DNA of 64,000 bases from Eledone cirrhosa. Taxonomy: Eukaryota. Below, piece after piece: positions 27,531 to 43,050 of this stretch (position 1 is its first letter; the number at the start of each line of letters is the position of its first letter). The position numbers were made by a program, and so were the translations under genes. Below the pieces are notes generated by a model. The model ran no database searches and was not told where the DNA came from. It saw only the letters and a program-made list of their open reading frames with translations. Location of the stretch: assembly GCA_964016885.1 (NCBI GenBank), contig OZ024762.1, forward strand, positions 25,358,001-25,422,000, written 5' to 3'.

Positions 27531-27601
27531 CTAGCCGGAGGTATATGGTCTGTAATGCGAAGAAATACCTATGCTGGCTAGTAGACCACTGATGATGCAT
27601 A
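27531..27601 (+). ncRNA. Candidate non-circularly permuted hammerhead-like RNA
   Basis: CTAGCCGGAGGTAT-A-TGGTCT .. ATGCGAA-GAAATACCT-atg-CTGGCTAG-t-AGACCA-CTGATGA-TGCAT. All three stems can pair. Confidence 0.45.
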
Positions 27602-27671
27602 GTCCTGGCTTCTATTTCTAATTCTTTATTATATATATCATAAATGCAACAACACAGCTCGGCATTTTTCA

Positions 27672-27757
<86 letters not shown>

Positions 27758-28534
27758 ATATAGAAGAGCTTCTACAGGACTAGAAGTTTCATTCGTGAGA
27801 AATCACCAGGGAGCTGGCTGTCCAAGTAAGTAGTGGTATTTATATCTTTTCTTTTCTGGTGGTAGGAGAGGGTGGGGATTGGGATGGGTGGAGGTCATTG
27901 GTTGAAGGATTTAAAGAAAAGGGAGTTCCTTAAAAGCTAATTCTTTAAATCTATAGTATTAACAAAGGCAGGAAGAATACTGTAAACCAAATCATATTTG
28001 GAATACCAATCCTAGTTTATCACTTAGACTAACAATTCCTGTAAGACAGGTGTCTACAGGATGGGTGGGGTTCAATGGTTTAAAAAAGGGAAATTTTTTA
28101 GAAGCTAATTCTGAAAGAATTTCTCTTTTCTTTAAACCATTGAACCCCACCCATCCTGTAGACACCCGTCTTACAGTCATTGTTAGTCTAAGTGATAAAC
28201 TAGGATTGGTATTCCAAATATGATTTGTTTACAGTATTCTTCCTGCCTTTGTTAATACTATAGATTTAAAGAATTAGCTTTTAATGAACTCCCTTTTCTT
28301 TAAATCCTTCAACCAATGACCTCCACCATATTCCAAGCCCCACCCTCTCCTAACACCAGAAAAGAAAATATATAAATACCACTACTTACTTGGACAGTCA
28401 GCTCCCTGGTGATTTCTCACGAATGAAACAGTTATAGTCCTGTAGAAGCTCTTCTATATGAAAGCTTTTATACTCTGCTATGTATTGAGTACCTTACTTA
28501 CTGTGGTTCCTCCGATTCAACCCGGAATAACATT

Positions 28535-28535
<1 letters not shown>
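27758..28535. mobile_element. ~700-bp fold-back pLTR element with an HHR-like motif (CUGGUGA) in each arm
   Basis: 27758-~28100 is the reverse complement of ~28120-28458. AGCTCC-CTGGTGA-TTTC(tcac)GAAT-GAAAC..GTA-GAAGCT at 28400-28450 (+) and 27767-27815 (-). Confidence 0.85.
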
Positions 28536-28620
<85 letters not shown>

Positions 28621-28689
28621 TATGCATATATATATATACATATATATACATACATATATATATATACAATTATATGTACATACTCACAC

Positions 28690-28735
<46 letters not shown>

Positions 28736-28845
28736 GAGGTGTGACACACGAGTTGTGATATATTAGTAAAAGGGAAAAGAAAATGCTGACATGTATATAT
28801 ATATATATATATATAACATATATGTATACACTCACTGCTGTATAT

Positions 28846-29010
<165 letters not shown>

Positions 29011-29439
29011 GTATGTGTGAAAGTGCGTGTCTGAGTGCATGTATCTCTATATATGTCCATATATAGGTACAGACATATGACTGCGAATACTTCTATACAA
29101 CCTATACAATATATACACTATATACAATACATATAAGTTCCAGCTTATCCTTTGTCATCTCTAGATATAACATATATATATCTGTTGTCATTTCCGATGC
29201 AGTTTTTACACATCTTCACATTTCTTTATTTGTGTCTCCATTGTCCAAATACACCATATATCATATATTTCATTGGCCGTCTCTCAAGTCTTACACTTCG
29301 CGTATGTTTCTATATGGAATCTGTCTTTCTAACCTTTACTCTGTCGCTAATACAAGGCTATTGTGATCTATTGTATCTGCCAATGACTAACTGTCTTTGT
29401 ATACGTATGTGCTGTGTGTATATATATGAATGTATATAC

Positions 29440-29530
<91 letters not shown>

Positions 29531-29616
29531 TAAGCATGTATATATATAAGATATATATATACGATAATCTATCATTTTATATATCTACCAACATAACTAT
29601 CTGTATGTCCATCCCC

Positions 29617-29682
<66 letters not shown>

Positions 29683-29704
29683 TACATATATATATTTATA
29701 TATA

Positions 29705-29766
<62 letters not shown>

Positions 29767-30021
29767 TCTCTATCTATCTATCTATTTATCTGTCGATAAT
29801 TATTTGTATTATCTAAAGGTCAAACTGTGGAACCGTTGGACATCGAAGTTTCGCATTTTCAAATATCAAACAGTCTATTGCATCATATCATAAATATCGA
29901 AACATCTGAAATCAAATTAAACAGACTTTTTTACTGTTTGACACTAAATTGATCCGTCTATGGCTTCAATCAACATCCCCTCTAGATTTCCCCCCAACCA
30001 CCTTTGATGCTTTGAGCAAAA

Positions 30022-30102
30022 TACAGGCTGTGGCAAAAATACCTTCTAAATTTTAAGGGTTCAACATGTATAATATGGGAGGTTTTTTTGCTGCAGTCTA
30101 TA
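30022..30102. mobile_element. Very small Tc1/mariner-type MITE
   Basis: tacaggctgtggcaaaaa / tttttgctgcagtctata imperfect TIRs with TA ends. Confidence 0.5.
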
Positions 30103-30609
30103 CTTAAATTTAAAGGTACTTCGCTGCACAATTTAAAGCTACTGAACACAGTCTAATGTCTAATTCGCGGCCGAATTTAACGCTACTGAGCACAGTTTAA
30201 AGTCTACTTCGCGGCTCAATGTAAAGCGATAGTATTAGCAATTGGAAAGACCAATGGAAACGTTGTTCTCTCGGTTCGATATGCCGAAAGTCGATCGACT
30301 GCCGATATATATATATATATAGACAGTTGAAAATTGCAAACTCGACTGTCACCACATATTATGAACCTGAAGATTGCGAAAGCATGAAAGTACTTGTTCA
30401 ATTAACACTTAGAATTTAATATTCTATCATACTATTTCATTATAAACTCAAATATATTTATAAAACTGTCTATATATTGTATTTTGTCTGAAGAGGGCAT
30501 ACCATATTTTAATATGATATCCCTGAAATATATATAATAAAATAAATATGGTTTTATAAATGTAATTTCCATTTGTTTAATATCGTATATATATATATAT
30601 ATATATATA

Positions 30610-30950
30610 TGGAGAGTGAGAGAGAAGAAATGGGAAAGAGAGATAGAGGAAGAATCGAGCCCAGTACTAAACTGGTACTTTTTATCGACCACGAAAGGAT
30701 GAAAGGCAAAGTTGACCTCGGCGAGATTTGAACTCAGACAGCCGAGAGTTGGAACGAATACCGTGAGGCATTCTATCCGACGTTCTAACGATTCTGCCAA
30801 TTCGCCACCTTTATTATTGCGTCAGATGAAACGTCTTTTAACATTGTGACTAGAAGTAAGTATCGACGAAGGATTCGAACTCCGAGAGCAGAGCGCCGGA
30901 ACGAATAACATAAAGTATTCTTTCTGACGTTCTAACGACTCTGCCAATTC
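30610..30950 (-). mobile_element. tRNA-derived SINE plus a second SINE head
   Basis: actggtactttttatcgacc..ggatgaaaggcaaagttgacctcggcgagatttgaactc..ctgccaattcgcc; the head is repeated at 30870-30950. Confidence 0.8.
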
Positions 30951-31263
30951 CGTGTCTCAATTCATATTAATAACCGTTTAACAACGCCATATTCGCGTTC
31001 TATTGCCATTATACGAAGCCGCATCTGATGTTTCTATTGGTGTTATTTGTAATGAGGATGATACTGTCGTTGTTGAGAATTCTGTTATTGATGAGAGTTC
31101 GAACGAGGTTTCATAGATAATAACATATCATTCCATTGATATTTTGACAAGGGGACAGTAAATCACCAGAGTGTATCGTTCTTTGAAAGAGAAAACTTGA
31201 AGGTGAAATATTCAGCCCCGAAAGTAGCTACAGCCACCGCGGGTTACAGCAGGACACACACAA

Positions 31264-31363
<100 letters not shown>

Positions 31364-31429
31364 GTATATATATACATATATGAATGTTTGTATATATATA
31401 TATATATATATAAATGTATGAATGTTTGT

Positions 31430-31486
<57 letters not shown>

Positions 31487-31495
31487 TCAATGTAT

Positions 31496-31526
<31 letters not shown>

Positions 31527-31576
31527 CAATTATAAATGCATATATATATATACACGCCACACATATATATGTGTAA

Positions 31577-31635
<59 letters not shown>

Positions 31636-32090
31636 AGTATGAATGTTAATATATATAACAGGATAAAAATACACAATGGAACAAGAAAAAGACAAAAGAA
31701 CGAAGGCATGCAATATTTATAAAATTCCTACCTTCAAAATGGCTGCCGATGTATTAACGTCACGTTGACGGAATATATAGAAAATTAACAACTTTCACAA
31801 GACGGTTTTCTTTTCATCTTTAACTTCTGCTAAAGCTTAACACTTTGATTTCTGATGTTGTAAAATGGAGCCGAATATAAAAAAAATACAAACGAAAATA
31901 CACTAAGTAAAATAAAGCAAAAGCCAGTTAAAATGAAAATTGAACTATCATAGAAAAGGGACGTAATAAAAACACAAATGAAAATCAGAAAGACAAAATA
32001 AAAATAAAACAGATTAGTATTGTCTGATATATATATATATATTTAGCGAGACCGAGAGAAATAAGTTTCATATATGACTATAAACAATAT

Positions 32091-32155
<65 letters not shown>

Positions 32156-32289
32156 CATTGTCTTTAAAGCGTAGAAATATCATAGACCCCAGTAGACAAC
32201 TGATGAGGACCCCCCCCCTGTTCTTGCATTTTAAGTTACCTTAAATAGCAACTACACAGCCATTTCTATTCTCTCTCACTCTCTCTCAC

Positions 32290-32332
<43 letters not shown>

Positions 32333-32460
32333 ATAAATGTAATCTGAGTTTTTCGAATAGTAATAATTGTTTCTACTTTAGGCACAAGGCCAGCAATTAT
32401 CCAGTGCAAATAACATTCGATTCGTTTGCAATTATGCAAGTGAACAGGCAGGTGAACAGT

Positions 32461-32510
32461 GAGCTGTACTGATGAAGGGTGATACCCAGAAACATTAGTG
32501 TCTGCAGTTC
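32461..32510 (+). ncRNA. Type I hammerhead ribozyme with intact core
   Basis: GAGCTGTA-CTGATGA-AGGG(tgata)CCCA-GAAACATTAGTGTC-TGCAGTTC; 8-bp stem I. Confidence 0.85.
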
Positions 32511-32900
32511 TGTTCGCATGCTAAGACAAGAGCAAGAATGAAGTGTTCATTCTACTGACATGGCTATAAAATTGAGGCTTGTTTGCATAATTGCAAACGC
32601 ATCGAATGTTATTATTAATATTCGAAAAACTCAGATTACATTTATTGTATTCAGCCATGTAGAGCGAACATTTTCTTTTTTATTTTGAATTTGGCAAAGC
32701 CAGCCATTTATCCCTCGTATACAGGAAACTGACTGACCAGTCTGCTGATATGCAAATCGAGCTGATCAATGGATCTGCTAATATGCAGATCTGACTGATC
32801 AGCCAGTCTGCTAATATGCAAATCAGGCCGATCAGTCACTGTGTATTTTTGAAAATAGCATACAATTTCACTAGCTCTGACAGTTTGCTAGGTGAACAGT

Positions 32901-32950
32901 GAAATGTACTGATGAAGGGTGATACGCAGAAACATTAGTGTCTGCAGTTC
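32901..32950 (+). ncRNA. Type I hammerhead ribozyme, tandem copy
   Basis: TGTA-CTGATGA-AGGGTGATACGCA-GAAACATTAGTGTC-TGCA. Confidence 0.75.
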
Positions 32951-33121
32951 TGTTCGAATGTCAACACGAGAGCAAGAATGCTCATTATACTGACAAGGCT
33001 ATAGAATTGAGGCTTGTTTGCCTAATTGCAAACGAATCGAATGTTATTATTAATATTCGAAAAACTCAGATTACATTTATTGTATTCAGCCATGTAGAGC
33101 GAAATTTTCTTTTTTATTTTA

Positions 33122-33184
<63 letters not shown>

Positions 33185-33268
33185 GTAAAAGGTAATCAGA
33201 AATAACAACACAATCGGTACCGTATATGGAAGAAATATTAGATTAACGCTTGAAATAGCAGGAAGAGG

Positions 33269-33305
33269 TTCTTAATGTTTCGGACGCTACTCTTCATCAG
33301 AAGAA
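33269..33305 (-). ncRNA. Minimal hammerhead motif
   Basis: TTCTT-CTGATGA-AGAGTAGCGTCC-GAAACATT-AAGAA. Confidence 0.55.
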
Positions 33306-33511
33306 ATAAAGAGAAATTAGAAAGATTGAAGGGACGGTTGGGGTGGAATTGGAAATATATGTTTTTGGTATAAATATATGAATAAGTCAGGACACCGACG
33401 GCTGAGCTCTTGCCGTTTTAACAGTTTGTTAAGGAGTGTGACCCATTCATAGAACCACAATCTACTATCCCAAGTATCGCATGCTCTGGTGAGTAATGGT
33501 TTAACAAAACG

Positions 33512-33559
<48 letters not shown>

Positions 33560-33660
33560 TAAGATGTATGGTAGGTCGTGTGTGAATCGCGATGATCACG
33601 TCTGACCTACCAAATATGTGACGGTAGCTAGTTAAGCTCTATGCGTATACGCAGAGCAGA

Positions 33661-34183
33661 AATATTTGTGAAAAAAGAACAAAGGAACAATTATGACATT
33701 ACAACAAGTTTATTGCCGACAGCCGTTTCGTCCGACCACATGGTGGGACTTATCAAGGCATATAACATGTGATTGTAAGATCATTGTTTACATCAACGTA
33801 TCACTCAAGGCTAGCATTTTGAAATTGTGGTATACATCAGCAACTCCGCTTGTATAGTTGGGGTCTATATTCTAAGGGGGCTCTTTTATATTAGTTGTCG
33901 GGGTCAGGGATTGAAGGTTAAAAAATAGATAATATATAATCCCTGACCCCGACAACTAATATAAAAGAGCCCCCTTAGAATATAGACCCCAACTATACAA
34001 GCCGAGCTGCTGATGTATACCACAATTTCAAACTGCGAGCCTTGAGTGATACGTTGATGTAGATAATGATCTTACAATCACATGTTGTATGCCTTGAAAA
34101 GTCCCACCATGTGGTCGGACGAAACGGCTGTCAGCAATAAACATGTTGTAACGTCATAATTGTTCCTTTGTTCTTTTTCACAA

Positions 34184-34186
<3 letters not shown>
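33661..34186. mobile_element. ~525-bp fold-back with a U3-A8 hammerhead in each arm
   Basis: 33661-33912 is the reverse complement of 33938-34186. TGCC-TTGATAA-GTCC..GGAC-GAAACGGCTGTC-GGCA at 33714-33760 (-); TTGAAAA version at 34090-34136 (+). Confidence 0.9.
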
Positions 34187-34217
<31 letters not shown>

Positions 34218-34226
34218 CTTTTGTAA

Positions 34227-34612
34227 CCTGTTAGTTTTTTCGTTGCTTTGGTATTCTGTGGTTGGCTATTGCCTACCAACATGTTCAAGTTGTCAAGCTA
34301 TTTAAACGTATGTTATCACCCATGATGTGTTGGTATAATGGTTGCACAGTGGTCGCGATAACCAAAGATGTGGGTTCGACTCCCATGTACGTCAATACTC
34401 ATCTTTTTCCATTTATCTGAGGGTTCTAAACCCCATTATCAGGCTAAAATTCCTTTAGTCAAAAATACGGTGAAAGCTATTCTATATATATATATATATA
34501 TATATTTATTTATATATACATATATATACGTTTAAATAGCTTGACGAATTGAACATTGTGGTAGGCAAAACCCAACACACAATACCAAAGTAACGAAAAA
34601 ACTAACAGGTTG
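34227..34612. repeat. Older fold-back element enclosing a tRNA-like sequence
   Basis: 34227-34310 is approximately the reverse complement of 34526-34612. Confidence 0.7.
34324..34394 (+). pseudogene. tRNA-like sequence (pseudo-tRNA or SINE head)
   Basis: A box tggtataatgg; T arm gtggg-ttcgact-cccat; acceptor GATGTGT/GTACGTC; T5 tract ~10 nt downstream; anticodon loop is non-canonical. Confidence 0.55.
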
Positions 34613-35021
34613 ATATATATATATATATATATATATATCATATATTGAGTTATAAACTCAGAATAGTCTTTTACAATTAAATAGCTCAAAGAAAGGAATT
34701 TTTCCGAGCCGTGTAATACAAATGAATATATGATAGGAATAAACACCGATACAAGTATACATGTGTTCGTATTGCAAATGACCAAGTTAGCTAGATTGAA
34801 AAATACTAATTTAAAATAATAAATCAATAAAAATAACAAACCTATATTGGCAATAGCCGTAATACCCGTCATATACATATAGATACTTAAATGTTCGGAT
34901 CGAATCTGATTTACTGTGTACAACATTTTTCAATATTACCCAATAGGAAGAAATATTTTTGCCATGCAGAGTCTATCTAACTTCGCTGCGTGGGCGTTTA
35001 CACACATATCTACACACACAT

Positions 35022-35164
<143 letters not shown>

Positions 35165-35204
35165 TTTTGCAAGGTTTTTGATATGAAATCGTGTGTCGAA
35201 ACAA

Positions 35205-38604
<3,400 letters not shown>

Positions 38605-38895
38605 TATGTCTAAAGATAGAGGAAAGATAAATTGACATAGAATATAATACATTTGGAATTTTCTGCATTCTATAAGTGACATAAACACTAATCTGGAAAT
38701 ATCGGATATAGTCAGTTGCCAATAGGTGAATATATATATATGTATATATACACATGCATACATATACATATATACACATATACATACATATATACATGAA
38801 TTAATAGATACATATATACATAGATATATACATACACACATACATATGCATATATATATAGGTGATAAATGAAGGTAGGTATATGTACGCATATG

Positions 38896-38965
<70 letters not shown>

Positions 38966-38991
38966 CTTATATCTATGTATGTATGTATATA

Positions 38992-39034
<43 letters not shown>

Positions 39035-39077
39035 ACTTATATATATATATGTGTATATATATATATATATAAACACG

Positions 39078-39171
<94 letters not shown>

Positions 39172-39955
39172 TATGTATATATATATACATATACATATAT
39201 GTATATACCTTCATATATATATGTATATATACATATATGTATATACATATATATATATATTTACACATATACATACATACGTATATACACACATATACAC
39301 ACATACACACATAAACACACACACACACACATATTTATATATATCCTATAGACGATATAGTTTTATTAACTCGGCTTTTGTCACTGCTTTATAATCAATA
39401 AGGAAAACTAGAGAGCAATATTAACGGCCTTTCTGCTCATACTAACATTGTTTTTCTTGTGGTTTTGCTACTTTATTTTATCTTCCTGTTTTTATTTTGA
39501 TATTTCTGTTTCTGTGGGTGTTTTCGCGATATTCGTACGTTGTATGCTCTATCGCTTATTGTTAAATATAATGAAATATAAGACAAGTTTGACGTGTGGC
39601 CAGGTAAATGTCAGCGTCTTTCTTTGATTCTGATGTAGAATTGAAGAGAAAGTTCTTGTATTCATGTCAATGGAACTCCGCTAAAGTCATACTAAAAGAC
39701 AGAAAGAGAAATATGAAATTGAAAATAGAAAGAAAACAAAATGAAATGTAGCAAAAATACAGAAAAAAATATATAATACAAAATCTAGAGAGGAATAACA
39801 TGAAATAAAACCTACAAAAATATGAATATGAAAGCGATAATATAGAACATAAAGTGATAGGCCTAGGAGCTTAGCTGTATGTTGTATTTGAAGGAAACCG
39901 ATTATTGTAACTTAGGAAAAAGATATATATATATATTTAAACACACACACACACA

Positions 39956-40006
<51 letters not shown>

Positions 40007-40185
40007 TTATTAATATCTATTATTTTTGCTTTCTTCCCATATGCGGTATCCCGAGAATGTTCTTTGACAAGTTTATTTCTGTTTTTCCTTTTGATTCATA
40101 CTCCGGTGAAACCGGCCTTGGGCTTGGAAGAAACGATTGTTAGTAATTAAATGTTCTTAAACTCTATGTGATCGTTATTTATATA

Positions 40186-40255
<70 letters not shown>

Positions 40256-40258
<3 letters not shown>

Positions 40259-41311
40259 GTATAGGATTATCCAAGATGTAGTGATGGTTAATTACTACAC
40301 TGGATGCACGGTTGAATCGGACGACCAGAAATGGTATTATATCGGATCTACCACCACATCGTTTAAATCTCGCTGGTACCGTCATCGATTCTCAATCAAA
40401 CATCAGAATCACCGTTTTGTGACCACGCTCGCCAACAAGACCTGGCAACTCCGTGAACACAACCAACAGTTCACCTTAAAATGGGATATACTTTCTAGCG
40501 CAAATGCATATCGGAGTGGTTTGAAGTACTGCAGGTTATGTAACCTTGAGCTATTTTACATACTAAAATCCAAAAACAAACTACTTAACGATAGAATTGA
40601 ACGATCATTATACTGCAACCACAAACTAAAAGCTAAATTCTCTCACTATAAAATAACTTAACATTCGAACCGGTAACTACAACACCACTTTCTAGCTAAC
40701 AACCTTCTCTTCCCCCCACACTACAAGACAATACACTGCTTATCACTATACATGGTAACTCAGTACAACTCCTAGAATACTACTACAAAACCAAAAGTTC
40801 ACTCACCACACATATTTATCTGTCCCCTCTCAACCTATATATCTCTCTCTACATCCATTACACTCTCTCTCTCTCACCTTTGACCTACCTCCCTCTCAAC
40901 ATTTATGAACCTGCCCTCTGGGACAATAAATAATTCCGACCTCAACTATCTACGCATCTCTCCAAAAGTAACTAATAAAACCCCTACCATAACATTTTGA
41001 TTAAGATCTCTACAAGCCACTCTCTCCTACTTCTCCAACCCCTGCATATCTTTCCTTCTCTCTCCTTCTTCCCTACTTTTCTCTCTTCCTGTTCCACTCT
41101 ATCTTCCCCAACAACCCCACTTTAGGGTTTTTACATTGTATATTTACCATTCTGCTCTGAGGAAACAGTGGTCACAGCATTGGATATTCGAGTTCTGCAA
41201 ATACTTGTGAATTTGCACGTAGCGGAACTAGGCTGCAGTACCACCGTGGAAACACTTGTAAGCACACGGAATAAACTACCTTTTTATGATGTCTACCTGT
41301 TATTATTCATT

Positions 41312-41315
<4 letters not shown>
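40256..41315 (+). mobile_element. PLE 3' fragment: GIY-YIG plus pLTR with HHR, between (TA)n tracts
   Basis: ORF 40281-40661 WYYIGSTTTSFKSRWYRH..CRLCNLE..LLNDR..CNH, followed by a pyrimidine-rich UTR and an HHR. Confidence 0.88.
41153..41264 (+). ncRNA. Type I hammerhead ribozyme with a long branched stem II
   Basis: TGCT-CTGAGGA-AACAGTGGT..ACCACCGTG-GAAACACTTGTA-AGCA. Confidence 0.75.
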
Positions 41316-41405
<90 letters not shown>

Positions 41406-41759
41406 TGTATACATATATATTTATATAGCAAGTTCAATATAGAAATGGTTTTTACAAGAACAGAACTCCCCGTTTGAACTCGGGATTCCCATACGTATGT
41501 CTATGTAGACCGAAGGGTAAGTGCAAGCAGAGTTCGATACACCTCACTATGGTAAGGGTTAATTTATAAATGTCTGTCGAAATTGATTTAGCGGTAAACT
41601 TAATAAATTTTATCTCTCCTAAAATGTTATATATAATTTATTGAAAGGTATTATGCGAGTATCGTACACACATCCTCATATCTTAATATTATCAGCATCT
41701 ACATTCGCAATATCGAAGGAAGATTCATCCTTGACTTAATTCGTCTGTAATCTTAGGAG

Positions 41760-41960
41760 GGCGGTGAGTGGATTGGCAGAATCGGTAGAGTGTCGGACAC
41801 CATGCTTCGCAGTGTAGAGTTCAAATCCCGCGGAAGTTAACTTTTCCTTTCATCCTTACAGGGTCGATAAAATAAAGTACCAGTCACACACTGGGGTCGA
41901 TTTAATCGCACTTTCCCCTCTCCCAAAATTGCTGGCCTTGCGCCTATATAAGAAACCAAT
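41760..41960 (+). mobile_element. tRNA-derived SINE
   Basis: gcggtgagtggattggcagaatcggtag..gagttcaaatcc..aaagtaccagt..ctggccttgcgcc. Confidence 0.85.
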
Positions 41961-42221
41961 CATCGGAGTCAATAATCGATATCCCCTCAAACCATATGGA
42001 ACATCGTCACTGTATCTTCTCCATTTATATTTTGAGTTTAAACATTGATCCCCCTAACTCTGAAGTAGAAGACAGAAAGTGGGAATGAACCCAAATCCAC
42101 GTGGATGAGAATCAAACCTCGTTAACTACATAGTCATGCCTGCACCTATATTGGTACTTACTATGAGCACACTACCCTAATCAATATATCTGCTGCTAGA
42201 TAAATACTTCTGACTTTATTT

Positions 42222-42520
42222 ATAGCATGTATGGTCCCATAACTCCTGATGGAGTCGAAGGGACGCCGTATTGACGTACGGCGTTTCTTGGGCATTTTAA
42301 GCTTGGCGGAGTCCATCCCAGCAGATTTCTTCCAGAAAAAGATAGAAAGTGAGAGAGAGTAAATAAGAAAGAGATATAAACTGGTACTTTTTTTATCGAC
42401 CTCAAAAGGATAAAAAGCAAAGTTGACCTCGGAGGGATTTGAACTCCGAGGGCAGAGATCCGGAACGAACACCATAAAGCATTCTATCCGACGTTCTAAC
42501 GACTCTGCCAATTCGCCTCG
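42222..42520 (-). mobile_element. Single-unit composite SINE
   Basis: SINE head 42380-42520 plus the tail shared with 1620-1735. Confidence 0.8.
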
Positions 42521-42574
42521 TATATTATTTATAGTATCAGCAAATCTTACTCTACTTTCACTTACAACGACAAA

Positions 42575-42815
42575 TATACGTGGGAGGCCGGCATATATCT
42601 CTCTCTGTTCTGAATGCGTTGAAGCTAACAGGCTATGTCCCCATAAGTGCGTTGCAAACGACAAGCAGTCACTAAAATCAGGGGGCGCAAGCTCTCCTAT
42701 CTCGATGATATTTCCAGAGATTCTGGTATTGAAATCCTGGACTTGGCAACAGCAATGAGCGACAGACCCACGTGGAGATCAATTGTTGAGTCTATTTCGG
42801 CCGATGATTTATAGT
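42575..42815 (+). mobile_element. RTE-type LINE 3' fragment
   Basis: ..GRKLSYLDDISRDSG..LATAMSDRPTWRSIV..*. Confidence 0.65.
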
Positions 42816-42857
42816 ACCAAACTTGATTTGAACGAGGAACCGTTATTTCTATACTAA

Positions 42858-43050
42858 GGGTGGTGAATTGGCAGTATCGGTAGAGGGTCGGACGCCATAC
42901 TTTGACGTATAGAGTTACGGCCCTTGCCATTCTGAGTTCAAATCCCGCCAAGGTTAACTTCGCCTTTCATCCTTACGGGGTCGATAAAATAAAGTACCAG
43001 TAATGCACTGGGTAATTGCTGGCCTTGTGCCTAACGTAGAAACAGTTATT
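42858..43050 (+). mobile_element. tRNA-derived SINE
   Basis: Near-identical to 58900-59088. Confidence 0.85.

Larger units (their letters stand above)
32332..33120 (+). mobile_element. Non-coding PLE pLTR-like element: inverted tail plus two tandem HHR-bearing copies (440-bp spacing)
   Basis: 32450-32686 is repeated at 32890-33120. 32332-32439 is the reverse complement of the tail, interrupted by a SINE 3' end. Confidence 0.85.

Noticed and set aside
30975-31116. Protein-like reading frame (..PLYEAASDVSIGVICNEDD..)
   Set aside because: Short, with no recognisable domain or convincing splice acceptor; cannot be supported without a search.
40100-40145. Degenerate HHR-like motif (similar ones at ~39630, ~43266, ~56035)
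   Set aside because: Two or more core mismatches or missing stems; not distinguishable from chance by eye.
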